A stretch of 61,743 nucleotides of DNA from a virus (IMGVR_UViG_3300047560_001038:1-61743), one strand, 5' to 3'. Numbered from the stretch's first letter, positions 45,721 to 56,254 are shown. The notes: a model not told the origin generated them from the sequence alone. Translations and numbers: made by a program.

Positions 45721-46933
45721 CACGGAATCGAAGCTTATATCTGCAGTCCTTGAGGACAAGCAGGTACATGTACTGTTGCAAGCCAACGTCGATACAATTC
45801 TTCGTACCCATAATGATGTATGGAATTTTATTAGGACTTACTTTGAGCATAACAGCACTGTCCCACCTGTAAGCCTCGTAGTTGAGAAGTTTCGTGACTT
45901 TGAGCCTGTCCAGGGTATTGGTGCAACAAAGTATCACCTAGAAGAACTACAGGCAGAATACATGAATGATAGCCTCAAGGATATCCTTCGTAACGCTGCT
46001 GCAGAGGTTCAGAGTGGTCAGAGTGTACAGGCACTTGAGGAACTAATCACAAAGACTTCAGAGCTTAAGAAGAATACATCTGCAATTCGTGATATCGATG
46101 TAACAGATATTGATTCAGCAGTTGCATTCTATGAGCAGGTCCAGAAACAAAATGAACTTGGATCAATCGGAATCAAGACTGGACTTCCAGGGTTTGACAA
46201 CTACCTTCCTTCTGGAATTATGCCAGGACAGCTTGGAGTATTTCTTGCATATCCAGGTATCGGAAAGTCATGGCTCTCCCTATACTTTGCGGTACAGGCA
46301 TGGAAGCAGGGCAAGTCTCCTATGGTAATCAGCCTTGAAATGAGTGAGACTGAAGTTCGTAACCGTGTGTTTACAATCATGGGAGATGGTCTTTGGTCAC
46401 ATCGAAAGCTTTCTGCTGGTCAGGTAGAACTTGATATGCTGAAGTCGTGGCACGAAAAGAATCTCAAGGGTAAGCCAGAGTTTCATATCATTTCTAATGA
46501 TTCTGGCGGAGAAGTAACTCCTTCAGTTTTGCGAGGGAAGATTGACCAGTACAAGCCAGACTTCATTATCGTAGACTATCTACAGCTCATGGCTCCTAAT
46601 CAAAAGTCAGACAATGAGACTGTTCGTATGAAGAACCTCTCACGTGAGCTAAAGCTTATGGCTATTTCTGAAGAAGTTCCAATCATTGCTATCTCGTCAG
46701 CAACACCAGACGATGTTAACAAGCTTGACACTGTTCCTACACTTGGTCAAACAGCGTGGTCACGTCAGATCGCATACGATGCTGACTGGGTTATGGCTCT
46801 TGGTCGTGGTACAAACTCAGATGTCATTGAGTGTGTCTTCCGTAAGAACCGTAACGGATTCATGGGGGAGTTCATGGTACAGGCAGATTTCGATAAGGGA
46901 TACTATAAGTACAAGGACTTTGAAGATAACTAG
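45713..46933 (+). CDS. dnaB: DnaB-like replicative helicase
   Basis: Walker A AYPGIGKS, SLEM, IIVDYLQLM, KNRNG. Confidence 0.92.
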   Translation: MNDTESKLISAVLEDKQVHVLLQANVDTILRTHNDVWNFIRTYFEHNSTVPPVSLVVEKFRDFEPVQGIGATKYHLEELQAEYMNDSLKDILRNAAAEVQSGQSVQALEELITKTSELKKNTSAIRDIDVTDIDSAVAFYEQVQKQNELGSIGIKTGLPGFDNYLPSGIMPGQLGVFLAYPGIGKSWLSLYFAVQAWKQGKSPMVISLEMSETEVRNRVFTIMGDGLWSHRKLSAGQVELDMLKSWHEKNLKGKPEFHIISNDSGGEVTPSVLRGKIDQYKPDFIIVDYLQLMAPNQKSDNETVRMKNLSRELKLMAISEEVPIIAISSATPDDVNKLDTVPTLGQTAWSRQIAYDADWVMALGRGTNSDVIECVFRKNRNGFMGEFMVQADFDKGYYKYKDFEDN

Positions 46934-46945
46934 TTATAATGGAGT

Positions 46946-47272
46946 ATGCAAAATCTTCATCACAGGTCTATCAAGAAGTTCGGTCTTGACGGTGTTATCC
47001 ACGAGGATATCGCTGTTGGTAGATTAAAAGATGAATACATTAGATTACTTACTCTGGAAATGCAACTTTCGGGGTATGCCAAGAGACTGGATATTGACCC
47101 AGACTTCACAATCAGCTATAATGAACATAACGACACATATAGTTTCATATTAACAATGTACGGTGTATATGTAGGAAAGAATAAATCACAATGGATATCA
47201 GGAATAGACGGAACAACAATAATATTTACACAAAAGAGCAAATCCAAAGAGTTCTCACAGGAGCAGGGGTAA
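46946..47272 (+). CDS. Hypothetical protein
   Basis: ORF with TATAAT 5 nt before ATG. Confidence 0.65.
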   Translation: MQNLHHRSIKKFGLDGVIHEDIAVGRLKDEYIRLLTLEMQLSGYAKRLDIDPDFTISYNEHNDTYSFILTMYGVYVGKNKSQWISGIDGTTIIFTQKSKSKEFSQEQG

Positions 47273-48135
47273 CTATTGAATCAGAGGTAGACTCTGACTT
47301 TATTATCTTCTGCCCATATCACGGTAATCATAGAACACCTGCTGGTGAAATTGATAAGAACAACGGTACGTTCTTTTGCTTTTCCTGCCACAAGATTGCT
47401 AACCTAACTGAATTTGTTATGTACATGACAAACCGTACATTCTTTGAGGCAGCACGGTATATCAAGTCGAAGGAGACTGGATCTAACATTGAGGCAGACG
47501 TTAGTCGTCAACTTATTGAGAAGCCAGATTACGTCCCATTTGACGAGCTGTTAATTCAACGCCTCAACTCACAGGCTCTTGAAGCACCTCGTGCTATGCG
47601 TTACTACGAGGGTCGTCAGATTAATGAAGATTCCGTAAACAAGTTTAAACTTGGCTTTTCTGAAAAGCAGGATATGGTAACCATTCCAGTCCACTCTCCA
47701 GATGGTATGCCAGTAGGATTTGTTGGTCGCTCAATTGAGGGTAAGGAGTTTAAGAATACTCCAGGACTACCCAAAGCAAAACTTCTGTTTAACCTGCATA
47801 GGGTCAAAACAGCAGACAGGGTATATGTAGTCGAATCATCTTTCGATGCCATACGCCTTGATCAAGTTGGAATGCCAGCCGTTGCCACACTAGGGGCAAA
47901 TGTTTCCAACATTCAAATAGACCTGCTAAAGAAGTATTTCAATAACATATACGTTATTGCAGATAACGATGAAGCAGGGGGAAATATGAAAGACAAGATC
48001 GTAGAGAAGCTTGGATCTCGTGTGACTGTCGTACAACTAGATAAACAATACAAGGATATCGGAGACATGTTGGATGAAGATATAAAAAATCTTGACACAT
48101 CATTTGACAAAACCATCATGTCTATGCTAAACTGA
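47191..48135 (+). CDS. dnaG: DNA primase (Zn finger plus TOPRIM)
   Basis: CPYH...CFSC; VVES.FDA; DNDEAG. Confidence 0.9.
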   Translation: MDIRNRRNNNNIYTKEQIQRVLTGAGVTIESEVDSDFIIFCPYHGNHRTPAGEIDKNNGTFFCFSCHKIANLTEFVMYMTNRTFFEAARYIKSKETGSNIEADVSRQLIEKPDYVPFDELLIQRLNSQALEAPRAMRYYEGRQINEDSVNKFKLGFSEKQDMVTIPVHSPDGMPVGFVGRSIEGKEFKNTPGLPKAKLLFNLHRVKTADRVYVVESSFDAIRLDQVGMPAVATLGANVSNIQIDLLKKYFNNIYVIADNDEAGGNMKDKIVEKLGSRVTVVQLDKQYKDIGDMLDEDIKNLDTSFDKTIMSMLN

Positions 48136-48161
48136 TAACCTCAACAATTAAGGAGAAAACT

Positions 48162-48812
48162 ATGAGTGCAATTAAGGGACTTAAAAATCTAAACGCCCTA
48201 CTCGAAAAACCAAAATATGAAGGCACAAAGGTTCGTTGGCTAAAGCTTGCTGACGGACAGGCTGCAACAATCCGTTTCATGGGAGAGCTTGATGCAGATT
48301 CGCCATACTATGACGAGTCTCGTGGAGAATCTGTTGCTTTCCGAGAGCACACAAATCCAAAGGATTACAAGCGTAAGGCTGCTTGCACTATGGATTCAGA
48401 AGGTCGTTGCTACGGCTGTGAAATGGACCGCAAGGAACCAAAAACAGGATGGAGATTCCGTGACCGCTTCTACTGCAACGTAATCGTTGACGACGGTCTT
48501 GAGGCTCCATACGTAGCAGTTTGGTCACAAGGAACTTCCAAGCAATCTGCATTTCCGCTATTGCTGGAATACTTCCACGACACTAACGGTATCACAAACC
48601 TTGAGTGGAAGATCAAGCGTAATGGACAGGGAACTGAAACCAGCTACACTCTTCTTCCCAAGGGTCCAGACACTGAGCCATTCAAGTGGGATGGATTTGA
48701 GGGATTTGACCTCAACTCAGTTCTTCGTGAGATTCCTTACGCTGAGCAGGAAGCATTCTACTTCGGTTTTGATGCTCCCTCAACTACCTCTGCAACTAAC
48801 GCAGACTGGTAA
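48162..48812 (+). CDS. Single-stranded DNA-binding protein (T4 gp32-like)
   Basis: H...C...CxxC Zn ligands; KIKRNGQGTETSY; acidic/aromatic tail; replisome context. Confidence 0.7.
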   Translation: MSAIKGLKNLNALLEKPKYEGTKVRWLKLADGQAATIRFMGELDADSPYYDESRGESVAFREHTNPKDYKRKAACTMDSEGRCYGCEMDRKEPKTGWRFRDRFYCNVIVDDGLEAPYVAVWSQGTSKQSAFPLLLEYFHDTNGITNLEWKIKRNGQGTETSYTLLPKGPDTEPFKWDGFEGFDLNSVLREIPYAEQEAFYFGFDAPSTTSATNADW

Positions 48813-48881
48813 AGACCATAGTGCTGGGCATCACGTTAAACTGCCCACTTTAAACTTTTCATCGCTAACGTAAGGATATTA

Positions 48882-51800
48882 ATGAGTTACGCTGGGCTTC
48901 ACGTACACACCCACTACTCGCTATTTGACGGAATTGCCACACCACAAGAATATGTGGATCGTGCCGTAGAGCTGGGAATGCCAGCAGTAGCAATCACTGA
49001 CCACGGTAGTCTCTCAGGACACCGTGAATTCTATCGCTCTGCTAAGGAAGCAGGGATTATCCCCATTCTGGGAATCGAAGGGTACATTACTAAAGACCGC
49101 TTTGACCATGAAGATAAGAAGGATAAGAACGATCCCCTAGACCTTAACTATAATCACCTTATTATTCTTGCTAAGAATGCTGAGGGTCTAGAGAACCTTA
49201 ACAAGCTTAATGAACTTGCTTGGACAGATGGGTTTTTCAAGAAGCCTCGTATGGACTGGGAAATCCTTGAGAAGTACAAGGACGGTCTCATTATTACCTC
49301 TGGCTGTTTGTCTGGCTACCTTGCCAAAGCAATTGAAGCAGACAATCTTGCTGCTGCAAAGATGCACTTGCAGTGGGCTAAGGATGTATTCGGTGACGAC
49401 TACTACATTGAGGTAATGCCACACAATCCTGCAGAGGTTAATAAGATTATTCTTGAACTTGCAGACGAGTTCGGTATCAAGCCAATCACCACTCCTGACT
49501 GCCACCACGCAGACAAGAGCCAGAAGGAAATTCAGGAACTCAAGCTTATCCTCAACTCGTATGCAAACAAGACTGAAAAGGATGTTACCTACGAGAAGTC
49601 CAAGAAGTATGACAACCTCATGGATCGTCTGGACTACCTTTATGGTGCAGACCGTCAAATGTCGTTTAATAAATTTGATATTCATTTGCTCTCTGACCAA
49701 GAGATGCGTGATGCTATGGGTGCTCAGGGCATTGACCGTGAAGACATCTATTCCAACACCCTTGAGATTGTTGGCAAGATTGAGGACTACGGCATTGAGG
49801 ACCACCGTGATCTTCTCCCTGTCCAGTATCAAGACCCTAACGGAGAGCTGCTCAGCCTCGCTATGGAGGGCTTAAAGGCTAAGGGGCTAGACCAGAACCA
49901 AGAGTATCTTGATCGTCTTAACGAAGAACTGAAGATTATTGGAGACAAGAACTTTGGTCCATACTTCCTCGTTGTACGCTCCATGATTTCATGGGCTAAG
50001 AAAGAGGGCATCCGTGTGGGTCCAGGTCGTGGTTCTGCTGCAGGTTCACTGCTTTGTTATGCACTAGAAATTACAGACATTGACCCAATCGTACATGGTC
50101 TTCTGTTTTTCCGATTCATTAATCCAGAGCGTAATGACTTCCCAGATATTGATACAGACATTCAGGATTCACGACGTGAAGAGGTCAAGGATTACCTTGT
50201 ACGTCAGTACCGTCACGTTGCATCTATTGCTACATTCTTGCAGTTCAAGGATAAGGGTGTTGTGCGAGACATTGCTCGTGTACTCAACATCCCACTTCCT
50301 GACGTTAACAAGGTTATGAAGCTTGTAGACACTTGGGACGAGTACTGCTCCTCACCATCGACTGCAGAGTTCCGTGAGAAGTATCCAGAGATTGAGAAGT
50401 ATGGAGAGCAACTCCGTGGTCGCATTCGTGGTACTGGTATCCACGCTGCAGGTGTTGTTACATCCAAGGAGCCTATCTTCAAGTTTGCACCACTAGAGAC
50501 TCGTACATCTCCAGGAAACAAAGAACGTATCCCAGTTGTGGCGGTAGACATGGAAGAAGCAGAGCGTATTGGTCTAATTAAGATCGATGCTCTGGGTCTT
50601 AAGACACTCTCTGTTATTCAAGACACTTTGGATATTATCAAAGAACGTTCTGGTAAATCACTAGACCTCAAGACGATTGACATGGAGGATGCAAATGTAT
50701 ATCGTATGCTTTCAGACGGATACACCAAGGGTGTCTTCCAGTGTGAAGCCACACCATATACTAACCTGCTTGTAAAGATGGGTGTCAAGAACTTCTCAGA
50801 ACTTGCTGCATCTAACGCTCTTGTTCGTCCTGGTGCTATGAACACCATTGGTAAAGATTACATTGCTCGTAAGCATGGTAAGCAGAACATTGCATATCAC
50901 CACCAAGTTATGAAGTCATTCACACAGGACACCTATGGATGTATTCTGTACCAGGAGCAGGTCATGCTTGCCTGTGTGGAGCTTGGCGGTATGTCAATGG
51001 CTACTGCTGACAAGGTTCGTAAGATCATTGGTAAGAAGAAAGATGCTAAAGAGTTCAAGCAGTTCCAAGATCAGTTCGTAAAGGGTGCATCACGTTTCGT
51101 ATCGCCCAACATCGCTGAGGAGTTATGGCACGACTTTGAGGCACACGCTGGCTACTCATTTAACAAGAGTCACGCTGTAGCCTACTCTACGCTCTCTTAC
51201 CAGACTGCATGGCTAAAGACATACTACCCAATTGAGTTTATGTTTGCACTTCTCAAGAACGAGAAGGATAAGGATGCTCGCACAGAATACCTTATTGAAG
51301 CCAAGCGTATGGGAATTCCAATCAAGTTGCCACACATCAACGACAGCGATGCAGACTTCAAGATTGAGGGCAAGGGTATCCGATTCGGACTGACAGCAAT
51401 CAAGTTTATTTCCGATAACATTGCTGAAAAGTATATTGCTGCTCGTCCATTTAATTCTTACAAAGAACTTGAAGAGTTCACGTTTGGCAAAGGTAACGGA
51501 GTTAACTCTCGTGCATTGTCAGCACTACGTTTAATCGGTGCTGCAACCTTCCCAGACAATCCTCGTAATGATGAAGAGGTACGTGAAAACCTCTACGAGT
51601 ACTTAAACCTACCAGAGTTCAATGCTTCTATTCCACAACACTACTACGCATTTATCAGCGATGCAGAGGAGTACGAAGAAAAGGGTGCATTCATTCTGAT
51701 GGGAATGGTTAAGGGCATCAAGCGAGGTAAGGGATGGTCACGAGTAGAGATTCTGGACAAGACTGGAGCCGTTGGTATCTTCGATGAAGAACAGTCCCAG

Positions 51801-52160
51801 ATCGAAGCAGGTAAGACATATCTTATTCTAGCCAGTGACAACAGAGTAGTCACAGCAATCCCTGCTGATGAACTCAAGGGTAATGATTCAGGAATGATCA
51901 AGATCCTTAACTACAAGATGTTGCCATACAAGGACGATGAAATGTTTGTCGTCTCATTCAAACCACGCATTACAAAGGCTGGCAAGAAAATGGCATCGAT
52001 GGTCGTTGCAGACTCCTCACGAGACCTGCACTCCATCACAGTCTTCCCGACTACATTCGCTAAGGCGTATATGAAAATTAAGGAAGGCAACGTATATAAA
52101 TTCTCTTTTGGTAAGACAAAAGACGGAACAACAATAATGGAAGAGGTATATGATGTTTGA
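48882..52160 (+). CDS. dnaE: DNA polymerase III alpha subunit (DnaE)
   Basis: PHP LHVHTHYS and TDHG; GPGRGSAAGS; PDIDTD; GYSFNKSH. Confidence 0.96.
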   Translation: MSYAGLHVHTHYSLFDGIATPQEYVDRAVELGMPAVAITDHGSLSGHREFYRSAKEAGIIPILGIEGYITKDRFDHEDKKDKNDPLDLNYNHLIILAKNAEGLENLNKLNELAWTDGFFKKPRMDWEILEKYKDGLIITSGCLSGYLAKAIEADNLAAAKMHLQWAKDVFGDDYYIEVMPHNPAEVNKIILELADEFGIKPITTPDCHHADKSQKEIQELKLILNSYANKTEKDVTYEKSKKYDNLMDRLDYLYGADRQMSFNKFDIHLLSDQEMRDAMGAQGIDREDIYSNTLEIVGKIEDYGIEDHRDLLPVQYQDPNGELLSLAMEGLKAKGLDQNQEYLDRLNEELKIIGDKNFGPYFLVVRSMISWAKKEGIRVGPGRGSAAGSLLCYALEITDIDPIVHGLLFFRFINPERNDFPDIDTDIQDSRREEVKDYLVRQYRHVASIATFLQFKDKGVVRDIARVLNIPLPDVNKVMKLVDTWDEYCSSPSTAEFREKYPEIEKYGEQLRGRIRGTGIHAAGVVTSKEPIFKFAPLETRTSPGNKERIPVVAVDMEEAERIGLIKIDALGLKTLSVIQDTLDIIKERSGKSLDLKTIDMEDANVYRMLSDGYTKGVFQCEATPYTNLLVKMGVKNFSELAASNALVRPGAMNTIGKDYIARKHGKQNIAYHHQVMKSFTQDTYGCILYQEQVMLACVELGGMSMATADKVRKIIGKKKDAKEFKQFQDQFVKGASRFVSPNIAEELWHDFEAHAGYSFNKSHAVAYSTLSYQTAWLKTYYPIEFMFALLKNEKDKDARTEYLIEAKRMGIPIKLPHINDSDADFKIEGKGIRFGLTAIKFISDNIAEKYIAARPFNSYKELEEFTFGKGNGVNSRALSALRLIGAATFPDNPRNDEEVRENLYEYLNLPEFNASIPQHYYAFISDAEEYEEKGAFILMGMVKGIKRGKGWSRVEILDKTGAVGIFDEEQSQIEAGKTYLILASDNRVVTAIPADELKGNDSGMIKILNYKMLPYKDDEMFVVSFKPRITKAGKKMASMVVADSSRDLHSITVFPTTFAKAYMKIKEGNVYKFSFGKTKDGTTIMEEVYDV

Positions 52161-52470
52161 TGAAGCAGCTAAGTTCCTTCACGCCACGGCGGTAGACAAG
52201 GGATTCTGGAATGAAGAAGTCAATGACATTTTTATTACAAAGCAGTTGATGATGATTGTATCGGAAGCTGTAGAGGTAATGGAGGCTATTCGCAAGGATA
52301 AAGGGGAGCCAGCAATTCGTGACGAGATTGCAGACATCCTGATTCGCACACTTGATCTTTATGAAGGTATGCGACAGCACGGATATGTAGATGGATCACT
52401 GGACGATGCATTTACAGAAAAGATTCAGTTTAACAAGACACGTCCAGAGAAGCACGGAGTAAAGTTCTAA
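52150..52470 (+). CDS. MazG-like nucleotide pyrophosphohydrolase
   Basis: SEAVEVMEAIRK...DEIADILIR. Confidence 0.8.
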   Translation: MMFDEAAKFLHATAVDKGFWNEEVNDIFITKQLMMIVSEAVEVMEAIRKDKGEPAIRDEIADILIRTLDLYEGMRQHGYVDGSLDDAFTEKIQFNKTRPEKHGVKF

Positions 52471-52694
52471 TGAGTGTAACAGTATACACAAAGCCTAATT
52501 GTGTACAGTGTGAGGCAACCAAGCGTCTTTTAGACAAGCTTGTTATTGAGTATGATACGGTAGATATCACTCAGGATATTGGAGCATACGATATGTTAAT
52601 TGACAAGGGGTTCCGAGCAGCACCTGTAGTCAATGCAGGAGACGACTGGTGGGCTGGATTTAACCCAGACAAGATTAATGGGTTGGTAGAGTAA
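52470..52694 (+). CDS. nrdH: NrdH glutaredoxin-like protein
   Basis: VYTKPNCVQC...APVV...WAGFNPDKI. Confidence 0.92.
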   Translation: MSVTVYTKPNCVQCEATKRLLDKLVIEYDTVDITQDIGAYDMLIDKGFRAAPVVNAGDDWWAGFNPDKINGLVE

Positions 52695-53707
52695 TGATGA
52701 CAACGCAGGACGTACTAGCACAGCTAGACCCACGAATCAGAAAGCGTCTAAGCACTGGTGAGGGCATTCAAACCGAACTTCAACCCACACCTAGCTATGG
52801 TCTAAATAAGGCTTTAAACGGAGGTCTGCCCTATGGTCGTCAGATTCTGCTATGGGGTAGCAAGTCTTCTGCCAAGTCCTCGCTATGCCTTCAGATGATT
52901 GGTATGGCACAGAAGGAAGGCAAGGTCTGTGCATGGATTGATGCTGAGATGTCGTATGACGAAGCGTGGGCTGTAAAGCTTGGGGTAGATCCAACAGAAC
53001 TTATCTACTCAGAGGCACGTACAATCAATGACATGGTAGATGTAGCCACCAGCCTTATCAATGCAGGTGTAGATATGATTGTTATTGACTCAATCACATC
53101 ACTCCTACCTGCTATCTACTTTGAGAAGGACTCTGACGAACTCAAGCAGTTGGAGAATACAAAGCAGATTGGTGCTGAGTCTCGTGACTTCAGTAACGCA
53201 TGGAAGATGATTAACTATGTTAACAACAAAGTTAAACCAACTTTGATCGTTGCAATCTCACAGGCTCGTAATAACATTAGTGCGATGTATACTCAGCAGA
53301 TTCCTACTGGTGGACAGTCAACAAAGTTCTACTCGTCAACCGTTATCAAGCTCTTCAGTTCTGAATCAGATAATCAGGCCATTAAGGGCAAGATCCAGGT
53401 AGGTGACAAGTTGATCGAAGAGAAGGTTGGTCGTAAGGTTAGATGGGAACTACAGTTCTCTAAGACCTCTCCAGGCTTCCAGAGCGGTGAATACGACTTC
53501 TACTTCCGTGGACCCAATGTAGGTATCGACACCGTTGGTGACCTTGTAGACACCGCAGAGATGTCAGGCATCGTACAGCGTACAGGTGCTTGGTATATTG
53601 TCTCTGAGGACAAGAAGGTTCAGGGTAGAGAGGCATTTATCAACTATGTCAAGGAGAACGAAGAGTTCCGTAAGAGCATTGAGGATAAGCTAAATGGCAC
53701 GTTATGA
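52694..53707 (+). CDS. recA: RecA-family recombinase
   Basis: GGLPYGR, WIDAE, IVIDS, GAWY; Walker A variant GSKSSAKS. Confidence 0.9.
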   Translation: MMTTQDVLAQLDPRIRKRLSTGEGIQTELQPTPSYGLNKALNGGLPYGRQILLWGSKSSAKSSLCLQMIGMAQKEGKVCAWIDAEMSYDEAWAVKLGVDPTELIYSEARTINDMVDVATSLINAGVDMIVIDSITSLLPAIYFEKDSDELKQLENTKQIGAESRDFSNAWKMINYVNNKVKPTLIVAISQARNNISAMYTQQIPTGGQSTKFYSSTVIKLFSSESDNQAIKGKIQVGDKLIEEKVGRKVRWELQFSKTSPGFQSGEYDFYFRGPNVGIDTVGDLVDTAEMSGIVQRTGAWYIVSEDKKVQGREAFINYVKENEEFRKSIEDKLNGTL

Positions 53708-53879
53708 AGTTCTTAGTGGACAGTTTGTTTGCCATACTTGTAAAGAGGAAGTGCCAACACTACGTTGGTACTCCTCTCTCAAGGAGCTGACATGGATGTG
53801 CAAGTCTAAACATCTAAGTAAGGTAAACTTAAATACTAAAAAGAAGAAAGAGGATTATGAGCGAGAGATCGGAGAGTAA
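53694..53879 (+). CDS. Small Zn-ribbon protein
   Basis: CHTC...CKSKH. Confidence 0.65.
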   Translation: MARYEVLSGQFVCHTCKEEVPTLRWYSSLKELTWMCKSKHLSKVNLNTKKKKEDYEREIGE

Positions 53880-54144
53880 GCGAATTGGAGCGACTCAGCA
53901 TAAGAATTCGGGCAGGAATACGCAAAAGGGTGATGCTTCTTGGGGACAGTTTGTTGTTGACTTTAAAGAGGTTGGAAAATCGTTTACTATCAACAAGGAA
54001 GTTTGGGCTAAGGCTACAACTGACGCAATTCGTAACAAGAAAGACCCAGCAATTGTTATTGTACTTGGCGAGGGTAATTCTAAAGTAAGACTAGCACTGA
54101 TTGAACTCAGTATCCTAGAACAATTGACGGATACCTCTGAGTAG
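53857..54144 (+). CDS. PD-(D/E)XK Holliday-junction-resolvase-like nuclease
   Basis: NSGR..KGD...VDFK. Confidence 0.65.
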   Translation: MSERSESKRIGATQHKNSGRNTQKGDASWGQFVVDFKEVGKSFTINKEVWAKATTDAIRNKKDPAIVIVLGEGNSKVRLALIELSILEQLTDTSE

Positions 54145-54152
54145 TGTATAAT
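54124..54152 (+). promoter_or_regulatory. Canonical promoter TTGACG-N17-TATAAT
   Basis: Consensus -35/-10 before 54179. Confidence 0.65.
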
Positions 54153-54178
54153 AGATAGAACAACAGAAATTGGAAACA

Positions 54179-54484
54179 ATGGAACAACACAAGACAACAC
54201 TGGATGCAGTCAATGGTTTAGCAGAGATTGCAGATTTCATGAATGACGAAGAACTGACTACGGCACTAACATTTATTGCCAAGGTCATTCTTAAGCCAGA
54301 CATTCCAATGAACGTCGTTACAACAGAGATTGTACGCTTACAGGCAATCGCTGCAAAGATGTCATTCAAGGCAACTTGGATGGCTAACGTAGACAAGGGA
54401 GATAGGGCGAAGAAGAACATCTACTTCACTGCTGCATCAGCCATTAATGATTTGGTTGCAGCACTCAAGTATGTTACTCGCTAA
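54179..54484 (+). CDS. Hypothetical protein
   Basis: ORF after promoter. Confidence 0.7.
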   Translation: MEQHKTTLDAVNGLAEIADFMNDEELTTALTFIAKVILKPDIPMNVVTTEIVRLQAIAAKMSFKATWMANVDKGDRAKKNIYFTAASAINDLVAALKYVTR

Positions 54485-54493
54485 GGTATCATT

Positions 54494-55297
54494 ATGGCTA
54501 AAAACCTATTACAGCAAGTTATGCTCAAGAAGGGTGACGACGTTAAGAAGACATCGTTCCTGGACACAGACGAGCTGATCGCAAAAATTCAGCACGGATA
54601 TATCATTAACCGTGTTGATAAGTTCCAAACTAAAAAGACATTCGCACCAAGCACGATTGCGTTCTCTCATGGAGAGTGTCCTCGTTATTGGTACATTGCC
54701 TTTGAGGGTGCTACCTTTACCGATAATGCAGATGCATACGGTGGAGCGAACATGACAGCAGGAACAAAGTCCCACGAACGTATTCAGCAAGCAATGAAGG
54801 ATGCTGGCGTTCTAAAGGATGCAGAGTTCAAGGTAACAAGTCAAGACCCACCTATCTTTGGGTATGGCGACGTTATTCTTGATTGGGGTGGCGAAGATCT
54901 CCTTGGTGAGATTAAGACCATGCCAAACGAGGGATTCGAATATCGTAAAGCCTCTGGTAAGGCAAAGCTTGGACACCTTGTTCAGCTTGTTATCTATATG
55001 AAGATTCTTCGCAGAGAGAGGGCAGTTCTGATCTATGAGAACAAGAACAATCACGAACTGCTTGTCATTCCAGTAGTACTGAATGACTATCTAAAAGGGT
55101 GGGTAGACAACGCTTTCGATTGGATGCGTACAGTTCGCAAGGCATGGGAAGATAAGACTCTTCCTACCAAGAACTACCGTAGCAATTCGAAAATCTGCAA
55201 GACATGTCCAGTACGTGCTACTTGCGATATTGCTGGTCCAGGGACACTACAAATCAAATCCTTGGAGCCAATCAATGAAGCATTGTCAATGGTGTGA
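54494..55297 (+). CDS. Cas4-like exonuclease
   Basis: CPR...H...GD...EIK...Q..IY...CKTCPVRATC (four Fe-S cysteines). Confidence 0.85.
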   Translation: MAKNLLQQVMLKKGDDVKKTSFLDTDELIAKIQHGYIINRVDKFQTKKTFAPSTIAFSHGECPRYWYIAFEGATFTDNADAYGGANMTAGTKSHERIQQAMKDAGVLKDAEFKVTSQDPPIFGYGDVILDWGGEDLLGEIKTMPNEGFEYRKASGKAKLGHLVQLVIYMKILRRERAVLIYENKNNHELLVIPVVLNDYLKGWVDNAFDWMRTVRKAWEDKTLPTKNYRSNSKICKTCPVRATCDIAGPGTLQIKSLEPINEALSMV

Positions 55298-55571
55298 TAA
55301 ACAATTCAAAACATCAGTTTCTTATCAGATCTACTGCTCACCTGAATGTAGAGCAGAAGCAACTCGTGAAAAGATAGCTGAGAAATATGAAATCACACGA
55401 CGAAATAACAGAGCAAAAAAGAAAAGACTCTGTAAGTCTTGTGGCATTCCACTATCAATTTATAATGACGATGTAATTTGTCAGAATTGTACAATTAAGC
55501 CACAGGATGTAGCAAAAGCAATTAAAGAAATTAGGGGGATGGCAAATGACAAAGACAATATGCACGATTGA
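55275..55571 (+). CDS. Zn-finger protein
   Basis: CQWC...YCSPEC...CKSC...CQNC. Confidence 0.7.
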   Translation: MKHCQWCDKQFKTSVSYQIYCSPECRAEATREKIAEKYEITRRNNRAKKKRLCKSCGIPLSIYNDDVICQNCTIKPQDVAKAIKEIRGMANDKDNMHD

Positions 55572-56094
55572 TGCAAGCACAAACAGTCTAGCATTTGCCA
55601 TCTTCACTGGTAAGGACCTCTCAAGGTTTGGCAAGATCAACTTTGAGGGTGTCACTGCCTACGACAAGGTTGGCGATGCCTGTAGAAAAACATTCGCATT
55701 CCTGAAGAATTTTAACATTGATGGGATTGTAATTGAACACACAGTTTTTATTAATAGTCCCAAGACTGCTGCAGACCTAGCACTTGTACAGGGTGCTTTG
55801 CTTGGGGCAGCAGCACTACACGGAATAAAGGTCTATGGGTCAGTTAGTCCCATTACCTGGCAGATCTTTATTAACAACGGAAAGCTAACCCCTGCAGAAA
55901 AGCTTGCACTCCGTAAGGATAATCCTGGCAAGTCCGATGGATGGTATAAAGGTAGAGAGCGTGAGATTAGAAAAAATAAAACAATTCATTTTGTTAATAC
56001 TTATTATGATAGGACTGTCACTGATAATGATGTGGCGGATGCTATCGGCATTGGTCACTGGGCTATTAACAATCCTGAGAAGGTCAAGGCGTGA
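55546..56094 (+). CDS. RuvC-like resolvase
   Basis: TIDAST, IVIE, DVADAIGI. Confidence 0.8.
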   Translation: MTKTICTIDASTNSLAFAIFTGKDLSRFGKINFEGVTAYDKVGDACRKTFAFLKNFNIDGIVIEHTVFINSPKTAADLALVQGALLGAAALHGIKVYGSVSPITWQIFINNGKLTPAEKLALRKDNPGKSDGWYKGREREIRKNKTIHFVNTYYDRTVTDNDVADAIGIGHWAINNPEKVKA

Positions 56095-56095
56095 C

Positions 56096-56254
56096 ATGGC
56101 AATCAAACTCTATGCAAATGAGGCATGGCTCAAAAAGCGTTTCCATGTGGACAAGAAGACACCAGAAGAGATTGCAAAGGAATGCGGTACTAGTGTCGAA
56201 ACAATTTATGTTTATCTCGCAAAATTCGGATTAAGAAAGTCAAACAGAAAGTAG
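56096..56254 (+). CDS. Small HTH protein
   Basis: KTPEEIAKECGTSVETIYVYLAKFGL. Confidence 0.75.
   Translation: MAIKLYANEAWLKKRFHVDKKTPEEIAKECGTSVETIYVYLAKFGLRKSNRK

Noticed and set aside
54494-55297. CRISPR-Cas system implied by Cas4
   Set aside because: Stand-alone Cas4-like exonucleases are common in phage recombination modules; no cas1/cas2 or array
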